From the NCBI GenBank assembly GCA_964619975.1, contig CAZUIY010000327.1, forward strand, positions 1,706 through 65,705: a stretch of 64,000 bases of DNA, read 5' to 3'. Below are positions 18,672 through 27,311 of this stretch, piece by piece (the first letter of the stretch is position 1; every line of letters begins with the position of its first letter). The notes beneath the pieces were generated by a model that searched no databases, was not told the origin of the DNA, and saw nothing but the letters and a program-made list of their open reading frames with translations. The position numbers and the translations under genes were made by a program. This DNA is from an uncultured Gemmatimonadales bacterium. GTDB taxonomy: Bacteria; Gemmatimonadota; Gemmatimonadetes; JACCXV01; JAHWKZ01.

Positions 18672-20486
18672 TCAGTACCCCCCTCCGTTTCCGTTGTTCC
18701 CGCTCCCGTTCTGCCCGTTGTTGGACCCCATCATCCGGTCCATCATCATTCGCGTCCGGTTCTGCCGGGTCGGGCCCGGAGCGCGATTGACCCGCTCGTA
18801 TGTGCGCGTGGTCTGCGCCGGCTTCGGCATCTCCTGGCCGGGTTCCACCGGCCCGCGCTGGCCCTCGTCGCTGGCCCCCTGCAACTGCATCACGTCGAGG
18901 ATTTCCGGCGTGTTGCTGTACTTGGCGAATAGCCGCGTGAACTCGATCATGTCGGGGGCCACGCCCTGCTCGGCGTAGAGCGGGATCGACGGCATGGCCA
19001 CTTGCGTGAACCACGTCATCAGCGTCTGCAACCGCTGGCCCGGCGACTGGTAGGTCATCGAGTAGGGCTCGACCGTGAAGTTGTAGTCGAGCCAGTCGCC
19101 CTCGGTTTCTTCGGCCGAGAACACGCCAGCGACCGCCGCGTTGGTCACGCCCGGTACCTGCTTGACGATTGGAATGCGGATCGTGGGGTCGTGCCACATC
19201 CACCAGCCCAGCGACTCCATCACGCCCTGCGTGAAGGCCACCGTCTGCTCCTGCATGTCCTCCATGCGACGGCTTGCCGCCTGCGCGAGGATCTGGTCCT
19301 GGCCGATGGTTTCGGACTGCGGCGAAATGCCTGCCTGCAACGCGAGGTTGCCGGACATCTCGGAGAACTTCTCCTCCGAGGCCATCGCGAACATCATCAG
19401 TTCCTGGCTGACGCCGCCGAACTGAGCCTCGACGAAGTCCTGCGCGCGCGGGCTGTTGACCGCTACCGCGTCACCGTCATCGCTGGTCTTGATGTTCTTC
19501 GCGTCGCGGTCATTGCCGCGCATGAACAGGCCGAGTCGCTTGAGACGCTTGGCCTGCCGCTCGAGCTTGCGCCACATCGCGTTGACCGACAGGTGCAGAT
19601 CAAACACGGTCGACAGCGGCGGCACGGGCATCACCTGGCCCGGCATCGGCGTGTAGCGCAGGAAGTGGAACGGGCCACGCTCGGGACCATCCCATTCGTA
19701 GTCGCGGACGATCTTGCCGGGGTGGTTGACCGGCACGGTAATCATCCGGCCGACGCCACCTTCCGACGGCAGATAGAACTCCCACACCTCCACATAGTCG
19801 AGGAAGCCGTCGTCGTGGGAACTGTAGTTGCTGCGACCGATGAGGTTGGCACGCTCCTCGCCGGACTCATCGAATGGACCCTGCGAGCTGGCCGTCAGGC
19901 AGTCCTTGTTCGTGTACAGATCGCTGTCCATCACGTAGTCGAGCGGCAGCATCTGGCGGTAACCGCAGTAGCTGAACTGCTCGGGACGGCGCGCGCCCGT
20001 GTCGTGTACCCAGTCGTCAAACGGGATCGGGTCGGCGAACGGCTGACCCACGTCGTGCATGACGCCGCCGATTTCCACCTGGGGGCCATCGGCCATGCCA
20101 ACGCGCATGATGGCCATGCCCATCAGGGCTTCCATGACCACCTCGCGGATCATGTCGCCCAGCGTGATTTCCCTCGACAGGTGATTCAGCGCCAACTCGA
20201 GTTCGGCCGCCTGCATCTTGAGGTCGCGGTGCGGCGTGTAGATCAGGACCGCCGGGTGGTTGGCCACCAGACCGCGGCTGTACGTGTTGAGGTACAGCTC
20301 CACGAGGTTGACCGGCACCGGCTTTTCAGCCGCATTCGGGCCATAGTGGCGCCCCGCGTACTGCTTCCGCGCTTCACGGGAGAACGCCCGGAACGGCTCC
20401 AGGTTCCGGCGGTCACGCTCTTGCGCACGCGCCAGATTGGCGAGCATCCGCTCCTGCTTCCGGTCAGTCTTGGCGTAGGTCACCAT
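18672..20486 (-). CDS. Portal protein (604 aa)
   Basis: Start MVTYAKTDRKQE at 20486 overlaps the TerL stop by 7 nt. Size and position immediately after TerL fit a portal. Gly/Asn-rich C-terminal tail. Confidence 0.75.
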   Translation of the reverse strand: MVTYAKTDRKQERMLANLARAQERDRRNLEPFRAFSREARKQYAGRHYGPNAAEKPVPVNLVELYLNTYSRGLVANHPAVLIYTPHRDLKMQAAELELALNHLSREITLGDMIREVVMEALMGMAIMRVGMADGPQVEIGGVMHDVGQPFADPIPFDDWVHDTGARRPEQFSYCGYRQMLPLDYVMDSDLYTNKDCLTASSQGPFDESGEERANLIGRSNYSSHDDGFLDYVEVWEFYLPSEGGVGRMITVPVNHPGKIVRDYEWDGPERGPFHFLRYTPMPGQVMPVPPLSTVFDLHLSVNAMWRKLERQAKRLKRLGLFMRGNDRDAKNIKTSDDGDAVAVNSPRAQDFVEAQFGGVSQELMMFAMASEEKFSEMSGNLALQAGISPQSETIGQDQILAQAASRRMEDMQEQTVAFTQGVMESLGWWMWHDPTIRIPIVKQVPGVTNAAVAGVFSAEETEGDWLDYNFTVEPYSMTYQSPGQRLQTLMTWFTQVAMPSIPLYAEQGVAPDMIEFTRLFAKYSNTPEILDVMQLQGASDEGQRGPVEPGQEMPKPAQTTRTYERVNRAPGPTRQNRTRMMMDRMMGSNNGQNGSGNNGNGGGY

Positions 20487-22354
20487 GCTCCGTAAGCGGG
20501 TTCGGTTGATTCTTCTTGCAGAACACGCCACGCGAACGACCCGACCGGCGGCTCGAAGTCGATAACGTCGTCTTCCGCAGCCCGTACGGAGCCGCTGATG
20601 ATGTCCTTGACGGCGTGCCACGCGACGGCATCCGCAATCACGCGGTCGCCGTGGTTGTCACCGGCTCCCGACAGGTCATCGGTGGTGGCCGCAGAGGAGT
20701 GCTCGATGCGGCCCTTGGCGAACCGGTACGCCCGGCATTCGTTCAGCGCCGCCTCGGACGGGTTGAGGAACCGGCCCACGGACAGGGCTTCGGCGTAGTC
20801 CTCCAGCAGCGGCTGCTTCGTGGTTTTGGTGGACCACCAGCCGACGTTGTCCGTCACTCGCCGCGAGATGCTGTTCGTGTTCTCGCGGTAGTGGAGGTTC
20901 GAGTATCCGCGGTCCAGCACCTCGTCGCGGAACGACTGGCCGGGTCCGTTGCACTCCCAGATCAGGTAGGCATCGTGGAACATCCGGCAGAGAGCGATCA
21001 CGTCCTTGGCGAAGGCGTGCGGCTTGAGGTAGGGCGTGACGTACTCGCCCACCTTCTCGCCGGTCCGGGCATTGACGACCGAGGCGCAGGAATTGGAGGC
21101 GCCGGTGCCGTTCGAGATGTCGCAGCCGACGACGTACTCACCGGGCGGAACCTTCCCGCCGCGCTCGTACTCGCACCACAGGTAGAGCGCGCCGGCCTCG
21201 TTGTGCGTGATGCCCTGCGGTTCGAGCGTGTGAGGATCGCGCCGGATGTTGCCCCGGTGACGGGCCACCGTCGCGTGGTTGGCCTTGAGCTGTTCGATGA
21301 TCTTCAGATCGAACAGCGGCCGACCCGACCCGTGGTAGTCCAGGTCCAGCTGCTCGGCGACCAGCCGCGGCGACCGCACCCGGCACTCGCGGTCGTACCA
21401 GGGGGAGCGCACGCGGTACGACCCCGGCATGTCCAGCACGAACTCGTAGTTGTCCGGGTAGCGATAGTCCTCATCGAGGATCTTCAGTTCGCCGTTCTCG
21501 TCTGCCGTGTAGAGGCCGGCGCTCTTGCGAGGGTCGGTGGACCAGTGCAGGGAGATGCTGATGATCGGAGAGTTGGGCTCCTCCGACCGCTGCTTCATGT
21601 CGTAGAAGGCGTTGTCGACGCCCTTGGGCGTGGAGACGAACACGCAGTTGTTCGTCACGTCGAACACGGAGCCGAGGGCTTCGGTGCCCATCCCCGGCTT
21701 CACGTCATCGAACGTCGCGAACTCGTCCATCATGACCATCGTGCGACGGTCACCGCGGCCGACGTTGCCCGACGTGGCCTCGCCGTCCACGACGGTGCGC
21801 GTGTCCGGGTTGTAGCGGTGGAATGCCTGCCGACAGTCGTGATTGTCCGGGTCGTAAAGCGGCGTCAGCCAGCGAGGCGCCCACTCCCCGAGGAAATCGA
21901 ACTTCCAGAACAGGGACTTCGGGTTGCCCGGCTTCTCGACGTAGTCTGCGGTGCGCGAGACGAACAGGTAGGACTCGTCCACGTAGAAGTTGAATCGCCA
22001 CCGCTTGAAGGCGATCGGCAGCCACGATCCGCCTGTGTCGCGTGACTTCTCCAAGAAGACGTGGTTGCGCCCGAGATTGTCCCGTAGCTTGATCAGAACG
22101 TCATTCTGCGCATCCCACGTGATGAAGGGGACGATCTGGTAGCCCGGTTTGAGGCGCGGGTCGTAGGTCCAGGCGAACACGTTCACGTAGAACAGGACAT
22201 CCCGCTGGCACATGCACCGGAGAACCGCCTGCTCCTCGGGGTTCCCGCGGGCGGACTCCAGCACGTAGCGACGGAAGTGAAGGTTTGCCTCTTCGTCCGT
22301 CGGCACCAACTGGCGGTAGTACTCGCTCGTGTACTCGCTCTTGTAGGTCGTCAC
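20480..22354 (-). CDS. terL: Terminase large subunit (624 aa)
   Basis: GTG 22354 in a GTGA overlap, preceded by GGAGGA. Walker-A-like KSRDTGGS and Walker-B-like MVMMDEFA. C-terminal nuclease-sized domain. Confidence 0.85.
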   Translation of the reverse strand: MTTYKSEYTSEYYRQLVPTDEEANLHFRRYVLESARGNPEEQAVLRCMCQRDVLFYVNVFAWTYDPRLKPGYQIVPFITWDAQNDVLIKLRDNLGRNHVFLEKSRDTGGSWLPIAFKRWRFNFYVDESYLFVSRTADYVEKPGNPKSLFWKFDFLGEWAPRWLTPLYDPDNHDCRQAFHRYNPDTRTVVDGEATSGNVGRGDRRTMVMMDEFATFDDVKPGMGTEALGSVFDVTNNCVFVSTPKGVDNAFYDMKQRSEEPNSPIISISLHWSTDPRKSAGLYTADENGELKILDEDYRYPDNYEFVLDMPGSYRVRSPWYDRECRVRSPRLVAEQLDLDYHGSGRPLFDLKIIEQLKANHATVARHRGNIRRDPHTLEPQGITHNEAGALYLWCEYERGGKVPPGEYVVGCDISNGTGASNSCASVVNARTGEKVGEYVTPYLKPHAFAKDVIALCRMFHDAYLIWECNGPGQSFRDEVLDRGYSNLHYRENTNSISRRVTDNVGWWSTKTTKQPLLEDYAEALSVGRFLNPSEAALNECRAYRFAKGRIEHSSAATTDDLSGAGDNHGDRVIADAVAWHAVKDIISGSVRAAEDDVIDFEPPVGSFAWRVLQEESTEPAYGAW

Positions 22355-22563
22355 CCGCGGTCCTCCGCAGGCGACTCCCGCCGCTCGTTCATGTTCGGAC
22401 GGGCATCCTCCAGGATCGTCCACACACAATGCGGGTGATCCCAGCGGACTAGATTGCCGTCGAACAGGGCGTATTCGCCGTCATGCCCGTCGTGCTCCAC
22501 GAGGCTGTCGATCTCGCGAACCCACCACAGCTTCTCGTCGTACTGCACCAGCACCCACATCAT
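22351..22563 (-). CDS. Small hypothetical protein (70 aa)
   Basis: Start MMWVLVQYDEK at 22563 in an ATGA overlap with the upstream stop. Confidence 0.55.
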   Translation of the reverse strand: MMWVLVQYDEKLWWVREIDSLVEHDGHDGEYALFDGNLVRWDHPHCVWTILEDARPNMNERRESPAEDRG

Positions 22564-22811
22564 AGGTCGGCCCCCTGCTTGCACCGGGGAACCGCTTCCA
22601 TGTGGAAGCTCGGGTACCAGTAGCCATCGGCGGGCTCGGGCTGGTTGCCCGTCACCCGCCCTGACGCCTCAAGGTCCGATTCGCAGACGCGGAGATTGCA
22701 GACCGCCGGCAATTGCCCGTCGCCGTAGTTCGCCGTGAGACTGTGCAGCAACAGATAGCGAAGCTGGTCGTCATTGAACGTCGGATGACGCAGTTCGAAC
22801 TCGACGGTCAT
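22560..22811 (-). CDS. Small hypothetical protein (83 aa)
   Basis: Start MTVEFELRHPTF at 22811 after GGAAAGGA. The upstream part of the tracked ORF is a shadow. Confidence 0.55.
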   Translation of the reverse strand: MTVEFELRHPTFNDDQLRYLLLHSLTANYGDGQLPAVCNLRVCESDLEASGRVTGNQPEPADGYWYPSFHMEAVPRCKQGADL

Positions 22812-22813
22812 CT

Positions 22814-23455
22814 TCACCCGGCCATCCTTTCCGCCCGCTCGCGGAAGTCGGCCAACTTCACGCATTGTTGGATGATGTGGTCGCCATGGATCTCGATGGC
22901 CCTGTGTCGCTCCATCGTTTGCACGCGCTTCGCCAGCGACTCGTAGAACCGGGCACGAGCCTGCGCGTAATCGGGGTTCATGTAGTAGAGCCACATGCCC
23001 TTCACGCCGGGAGTGGGGAACGTCGTAATCCCGTCCGTTGAAAGAGCATGGAACAGCCAGACCAGTTGTTCCTCGCTCAGGGGCTCCATGGAGCCGAGCG
23101 GAGCATCCGGGTCAAACTGCTGGGGCGGTGGCTTCTTCTTCTCGGTCGGCGCGTAGTCGTCGTCCGGCTCGTCTGGTCCCTCGACGCGAGGATTCAGGTC
23201 GTCCTTCTTCGCGTTGGCCCGACGGTTGAGCACGCTGGCGTATGGCTCGACCTTCTTCAGTCGCCGCAGCGCCACCTCGTTGAGGTGTTCGCGCTTCTCC
23301 GCGCGGATGTCCTTCTTGTCGGCGATGGCACCGGTCTTGACCCACTGCTTCTCGACAGCCTTCTTCTCGCGCTCGAGCGCCGCCTTCCACTGCTTGAAGA
23401 TCCCGGCCTCGCGCAGCTTGCGCTTCTGGATGTCGTTGAGTTGCCGGGCGCCCAT
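22814..23455 (-). CDS. Candidate terminase small subunit (213 aa)
   Basis: Basic, helical N-terminus, then a charged linker. Lies upstream of TerL. Call rests on position only. Confidence 0.45.
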   Translation of the reverse strand: MGARQLNDIQKRKLREAGIFKQWKAALEREKKAVEKQWVKTGAIADKKDIRAEKREHLNEVALRRLKKVEPYASVLNRRANAKKDDLNPRVEGPDEPDDDYAPTEKKKPPPQQFDPDAPLGSMEPLSEEQLVWLFHALSTDGITTFPTPGVKGMWLYYMNPDYAQARARFYESLAKRVQTMERHRAIEIHGDHIIQQCVKLADFRERAERMAG

Positions 23456-23736
23456 CAGTTGCCCCCGTTCCGTCCGGATGGAGGCATGGCCTTGCCAAAG
23501 CTGTCGAGCAGGACGGGCGTCGGCTTGTGACGCTTCATCCCCTCCGCGATGCAGTGCAGGAGCGCCGGATGGTCGTCATGCGCCGGGCCGCCACCCTTGA
23601 AGGAGCACTTGCCCGACTGACCGTCCGGCCGCTTGAAGGACAACTCGCGGGCCTTCCCCGACGCGGCCTCATAGACGACATGCACGGCGGTGCGCGAATC
23701 CTCGTCGAAGAAGTCACAAGTGAGGATGATGGCCAC
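23455..23736 (-). CDS. First gene of the late operon, hypothetical (93 aa)
   Basis: GTG 23736 (VAIILTCDFFDEDSR). The start is uncertain. Confidence 0.45.
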   Translation of the reverse strand: MAIILTCDFFDEDSRTAVHVVYEAASGKARELSFKRPDGQSGKCSFKGGGPAHDDHPALLHCIAEGMKRHKPTPVLLDSFGKAMPPSGRNGGN

Positions 23737-23812
23737 GGCGAACTGCCTGTTTCCGGGGGCCTCTGGATTCCGGGCGCCAGAATGTGGGGATATCAGCACC
23801 GGTTTGAGTAGA

Positions 23813-23954
23813 AGTGTGCAACAGGATGAACACTTGGTCAAGCAGAAGTGTCTAATCCGTTGAACACTTTGGCGCGCAACGGCTTGCGCGTCCCGGAAAT
23901 TAGGGACTTGTCCCCAATGGAATCGTGTTGCACACTGTCTAGCAGATTAGACAC
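23813..23954. promoter_or_regulatory. Divergent control region with operator-like repeats
   Basis: Two tandem units: GTGTGCAACAGGATGAACACTTGG (23814-23837) and GTGTCTAATCCGTTGAACACTTTGG (23848-23872). Their left halves recur inverted as TGTTGCACACT (23926-23936) and GATTAGACAC (23945-23954). Confidence 0.6.
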
Positions 23955-23977
23955 CCGGCAGCCGACATGAGTCAGCG

Positions 23978-24265
23978 ATGAGCGACGAGATCAAGCCCGA
24001 CGACCAGCAGCAGTGCGTGGACGATCTGCTGGAGGTTCTGCTGTTGCAAACCGCCGAGATCCCGGCCGAGCTGGAGGCGATCCGTCGCAACAGCGAGAAC
24101 GCGCTGAAAACCGTCCAGCAGTTGCAGGAGTCCGGCGGCTGCAAGTTTGACTGCTCAAAGGATGGTGATGTGACCACCTTTCGCCTGCGAGGCGGAAAGA
24201 CGGTCATCCACATCAACCCACGGGCGCGGTTCGCAGAGCGAATCAAGGTGGAGCGCAATGACTGA
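23978..24265 (+). CDS. Small acidic protein (95 aa)
   Basis: ORF track. First gene of the plus-strand island. Confidence 0.65.
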   Translation: MSDEIKPDDQQQCVDDLLEVLLLQTAEIPAELEAIRRNSENALKTVQQLQESGGCKFDCSKDGDVTTFRLRGGKTVIHINPRARFAERIKVERND

Positions 24266-24791
24266 CCCGCGCCTGACCCCCGCCGACGAGAACGCCGACG
24301 GCGTGCAGGATACCGTCCCGGTGGATCGCAACCGCGACGGCGTGATTGACGAGCGGGACGCACCCGAGGCGCCGGTCTACCGGATGCCGTGGGGCGATGG
24401 CGTTGAGTTGGAGGTGGCGGTCACCGACGTGCGCATGGAGCCCCGTGCGGCGCCGACGATCCGTGACGTGGTCGCCCGCATCCAGTCGGACGCCGACGCG
24501 CGCATTGCCGAGGTGGAGGCCGCTGCTGACGGCGCGTACCGGGCGGCCAAGAAGTGGCTGCACTGGTTTGTCGGCACGCTGTCGGTGTCCACGGTCGGCG
24601 GCATCCTGTGCATCGTCTACTACTCGGCGGTGCTCACAGGCAATCTCGGCACGACCGTGGAGACGGTCTACCAGGCGCCGCCGGCCGCCGAGGCGTGGCT
24701 GGAGAGCGTGCGCCCGCTGCTGGACGACCCGACGACCGACGAGGACGACTATTCGCGCGGGCGCGATGCGCTCGGGCTGGAGGGGGAGTGA
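24258..24791 (+). CDS. Membrane protein (177 aa), single central TM
   Basis: ORF track. TM segment WLHWFVGTLSVSTVGGILCIVYYSAVL. Confidence 0.7.
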   Translation: MTDPRLTPADENADGVQDTVPVDRNRDGVIDERDAPEAPVYRMPWGDGVELEVAVTDVRMEPRAAPTIRDVVARIQSDADARIAEVEAAADGAYRAAKKWLHWFVGTLSVSTVGGILCIVYYSAVLTGNLGTTVETVYQAPPAAEAWLESVRPLLDDPTTDEDDYSRGRDALGLEGE

Positions 24792-25258
24792 TGGACCTGT
24801 TCACCATGGTCGGGCTGGGAACGATTGTCGGACTGGTCGTGCTGGCTCTGGCGTGGCTTTGCGCGCGCGTTGCTGGCCGCCTCTGGCTGGTGTCGCTGGC
24901 GTGTATGCTTGCCTGCTCCACCGGCTGTGCCGGACAGACGTGGCAACTCGGCCCTGACGGCTTGACCATCACCAACCCGCGCACCGGCCAGACCGGCGTG
25001 CTCATCAGCGATCACCGCACCGGCGATGGTGGCGACGACGCCGACGGACACGCCGGCATCCCCGGCTGCGCCGAGTGGATTCGCGCCAAGCGACTCGACA
25101 CGCCCGACGCATGGGCTACCGCTGGTCGCGCGTATCAGGACGGCGTCCGTCAGGCATTCCGCGCCGCGAAAAGCGCGAAGGGCAGGGTGGCCGGCACCGA
25201 GGCGCGGGCTGGCGAGGCGTTCGGCGAGTTGGATGAGCGGATGGGGGAGACGTACTGA
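24791..25258 (+). CDS. Membrane protein (155 aa), two N-terminal hydrophobic segments, Cys-rich junction
   Basis: Start MDLFTMVGLG at 24791 in a TGATG overlap. Hydrophobic segments GLGTIVGLVVLALAWL and LWLVSLACMLACSTGC. Confidence 0.65.
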   Translation: MDLFTMVGLGTIVGLVVLALAWLCARVAGRLWLVSLACMLACSTGCAGQTWQLGPDGLTITNPRTGQTGVLISDHRTGDGGDDADGHAGIPGCAEWIRAKRLDTPDAWATAGRAYQDGVRQAFRAAKSAKGRVAGTEARAGEAFGELDERMGETY

Positions 25259-25281
25259 GCTACGCGAAAGGAGAAGATGAA

Positions 25282-25419
25282 ATGCGAATCGCAATGACCA
25301 CTTCGTTCAACGACGACACCTATCAGTCTGTCTGCGTGACCGTGAATGACGACGGCAGCCGGCGCGTGTGGGTTGACGGCGTGTACCGCTCCGACCTGGA
25401 CGTGGAGGACGATGACTGA
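25282..25419 (+). CDS. Small acidic protein (45 aa)
   Basis: Below the ORF-track cutoff. GGAG at 25270-25273 lies 8 nt before ATG 25282. Its stop overlaps the next start (TGATG). Confidence 0.45.
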   Translation: MRIAMTTSFNDDTYQSVCVTVNDDGSRRVWVDGVYRSDLDVEDDD

Positions 25420-25724
25420 TGCAGATCGGCAACATCAAGTTCTATCCATACCCGTACCCGGATTCGACGCGCGGGTGGACACCGTTCGACAAGACCGTGG
25501 TCGGAACGTGCTCGCACTGCGGCGGGAAGGTCACGCTTCCGAACGTCATCTGGAGCGTCGTGCCACCGGAGCCGACGTGCGAGACGTGCGGCGCAGTCGC
25601 GCAGAAGCCGCAACTGCCAGTGATCCCGATGGAGCCGCCGCCGAAAGCGAGCGCCGAGTATGTGTTTGTCCAGCGGCGTGGCAGCACGTCGGGGCAAGGG
25701 GTGATCGGGGGGCTGCTGACGTGA
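25419..25724 (+). CDS. Zinc-ribbon protein (101 aa)
   Basis: ORF track. CSHCGG...CETCG. Confidence 0.65.
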   Translation: MQIGNIKFYPYPYPDSTRGWTPFDKTVVGTCSHCGGKVTLPNVIWSVVPPEPTCETCGAVAQKPQLPVIPMEPPPKASAEYVFVQRRGSTSGQGVIGGLLT

Positions 25725-26020
25725 CCCGCCACGCCGACAACCACCAGACCCGCCGCGAGCTGGTCGCCTTCCTCTTGGCGTGGGTCGCCATCTGCGCGCT
25801 GGTGCTGTTGCTCGCCACGGGATGCGTCAGCCAGGGCGAGTTTGACGCGGTGCTGACGCAACTGGAAACGACGAAGGGCCAGCTCGCCACCGTGCGCAAG
25901 CGCAACGCCGAGATGGTCAGGGATGCGCAGGAGTCGGCCGCTCTGTGGCAGGCCGTGCTTGATTGGCTGGACGAGGATGATGCGCGCCTGCGCAAGATCC
26001 TGTTGGGAGGGACGCGATGA
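25721..26020 (+). CDS. Putative lipoprotein with coiled-coil (99 aa)
   Basis: GTG 25721 in a GTGA overlap. Signal-like LVAFLLAWVAICALVLLLATGC with a lipobox-like ATGC. Helical remainder. Confidence 0.6.
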   Translation: MTRHADNHQTRRELVAFLLAWVAICALVLLLATGCVSQGEFDAVLTQLETTKGQLATVRKRNAEMVRDAQESAALWQAVLDWLDEDDARLRKILLGGTR

Positions 26021-26652
26021 TCCGAACCATCACCATCGCCGCCCTGCTGCTGATCCTCGCCGCCCCTGCCTTCGCGCAATCGGAGCAGGAACGGGAGCGG
26101 ATGGCCGACCGCATCAACACCAACGCGCAGATCCGCAAACTGGCCACGCGCGGACTCGCCGCCAACGAACGAATCATCGACAACGGCAAGGCCAATGACG
26201 CCGACCTCGTCGATGTCGAGACTGTCGTCGGCGAGGTAGCCGCGACCGTCACCGAGTGGAAACAACTGAGCAACCCCGAGGCGTGGATTGCCGGCATCGG
26301 CGCTTCGCTGGCGGGGATCGCGGGCGTCGGCTGGCTGTTCAAGCGCGGGCGCGACGCGAAGCAGGGCGCCGAGGCGCTGATGCAACAGGTGCTGTCGCTG
26401 GGTGGAGAGCCGGTCGCGGAGGCCGGCAAGCGCCCCTTTCGCTACGCACCGCCGGCCGCTGGGGGTCGCACGGGGAGCGGGACGATTCGGGGCACACACA
26501 GCGGAGGAAGCAGCGGCGGACACGCTGATGAGCAGCATCTTGCCGTGAAGCCCCCGAACGCGATGCCCGCGCCGACCGAGTCGGGCACCTACGAGATCCC
26601 GCCGGGCGTGCGCATTCGCATGGGCGGCACGACGGGAGGGAACGGGCACTGA
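26017..26652 (+). CDS. Secreted/membrane protein (211 aa): signal peptide, helical segment, TM, Gly-rich tail
   Basis: ORF track. MIRTITIAALLLILAAPAFA followed by QSE. Internal TM AWIAGIGASLAGIAGVGWLF. Confidence 0.7.
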   Translation: MIRTITIAALLLILAAPAFAQSEQERERMADRINTNAQIRKLATRGLAANERIIDNGKANDADLVDVETVVGEVAATVTEWKQLSNPEAWIAGIGASLAGIAGVGWLFKRGRDAKQGAEALMQQVLSLGGEPVAEAGKRPFRYAPPAAGGRTGSGTIRGTHSGGSSGGHADEQHLAVKPPNAMPAPTESGTYEIPPGVRIRMGGTTGGNGH

Positions 26653-26926
26653 TGGGCATGTGGGCCGACTACTGGAGACTCCGCGCCGGCCAACGCGCCA
26701 CAGCGCCGCGCGAGCCTCCGCGGCGATGCGCGCGCGGAATCGCTGGTCGCGTCGGCCGCGCTCCGTGCGGTGTCGCCGGGGCCGGAGCGGTCCACGCGAC
26801 GCACGCAGCGGATGCCGCATCAACGGCGATACAGCAAGCGCTGGGGATCACACGGGTAACCCGCAGGGGCGCCCATCGCCTCCAGCGTTGCCCCTGTCGC
26901 GACCCGCTCCACCCGCTGGATGCACG

Positions 26927-26957
26927 AGCGCCCCGGACCAGCCGGGGCGCTTTCGTG
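26927..26957 (+). terminator. Intrinsic terminator of the plus-strand island
   Basis: AGCGCCCCGG-ACCAG-CCGGGGCGCT stem-loop followed by TTCGTGTT. Lies in the convergent gap. Confidence 0.6.
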
Positions 26958-26966
26958 TTCAGGCGA

Positions 26967-27311
26967 TCATTCACCATCCACCCAGAACAGTACGCTATCG
27001 GCGCGGCCCCCTCTGCCAATGTCGCCCTCGAGCGGGACGCCCTCGATTCGCGCCCCGCGCAGCCTCTCGATGAATCTCCGACCATCGGGTCCGGGGGTTG
27101 AAACAAACCCGGTCACCGGCAAGTCCTCGAACAGGGCGCGACATTCCTGCGCATCGCCCGGTAGCCGACCGCCAGCCGCCCGTTGGCATCGAAGCCGGTA
27201 GGCGTGGCGTGGTGTGGTGAACGATACGTCATACCACGACCCGCCAGACTTCTGCATTGGCGTGCGCCACGCTATTTCAGCCGCGCTGCGTGCCTTTGGG
27301 CGAAGTCTCAT
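26967..27311 (-). CDS. Hypothetical protein (114 aa)
   Basis: Start MRLRPKARS at 27311 in an ATGA overlap with the upstream stop. Confidence 0.55.
   Translation of the reverse strand: MRLRPKARSAAEIAWRTPMQKSGGSWYDVSFTTPRHAYRLRCQRAAGGRLPGDAQECRALFEDLPVTGFVSTPGPDGRRFIERLRGARIEGVPLEGDIGRGGRADSVLFWVDGE

Noticed and set aside
20480-22429. Tracked TerL start at 22429, and similar long 5' extensions of many tracked ORFs (18672..20621, 17975..18661, 28248..28808, 30527..31249, 44446..45135, 55552..56142, 57625..58560 and others)
   Set aside because: The extensions overlap the preceding gene and are Arg/Gly-rich. Internal ATG/GTG starts that overlap the upstream stop (ATGA, GTGA, TGATG) and follow an SD were preferred.
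26652-27101. 149-aa plus ORF (also 26660..27073 and 26669..27106)
   Set aside because: It runs through the terminator hairpin and overlaps the convergent gene by 135 nt, and the composition is unconvincing. I kept it only as an open question in the findings.
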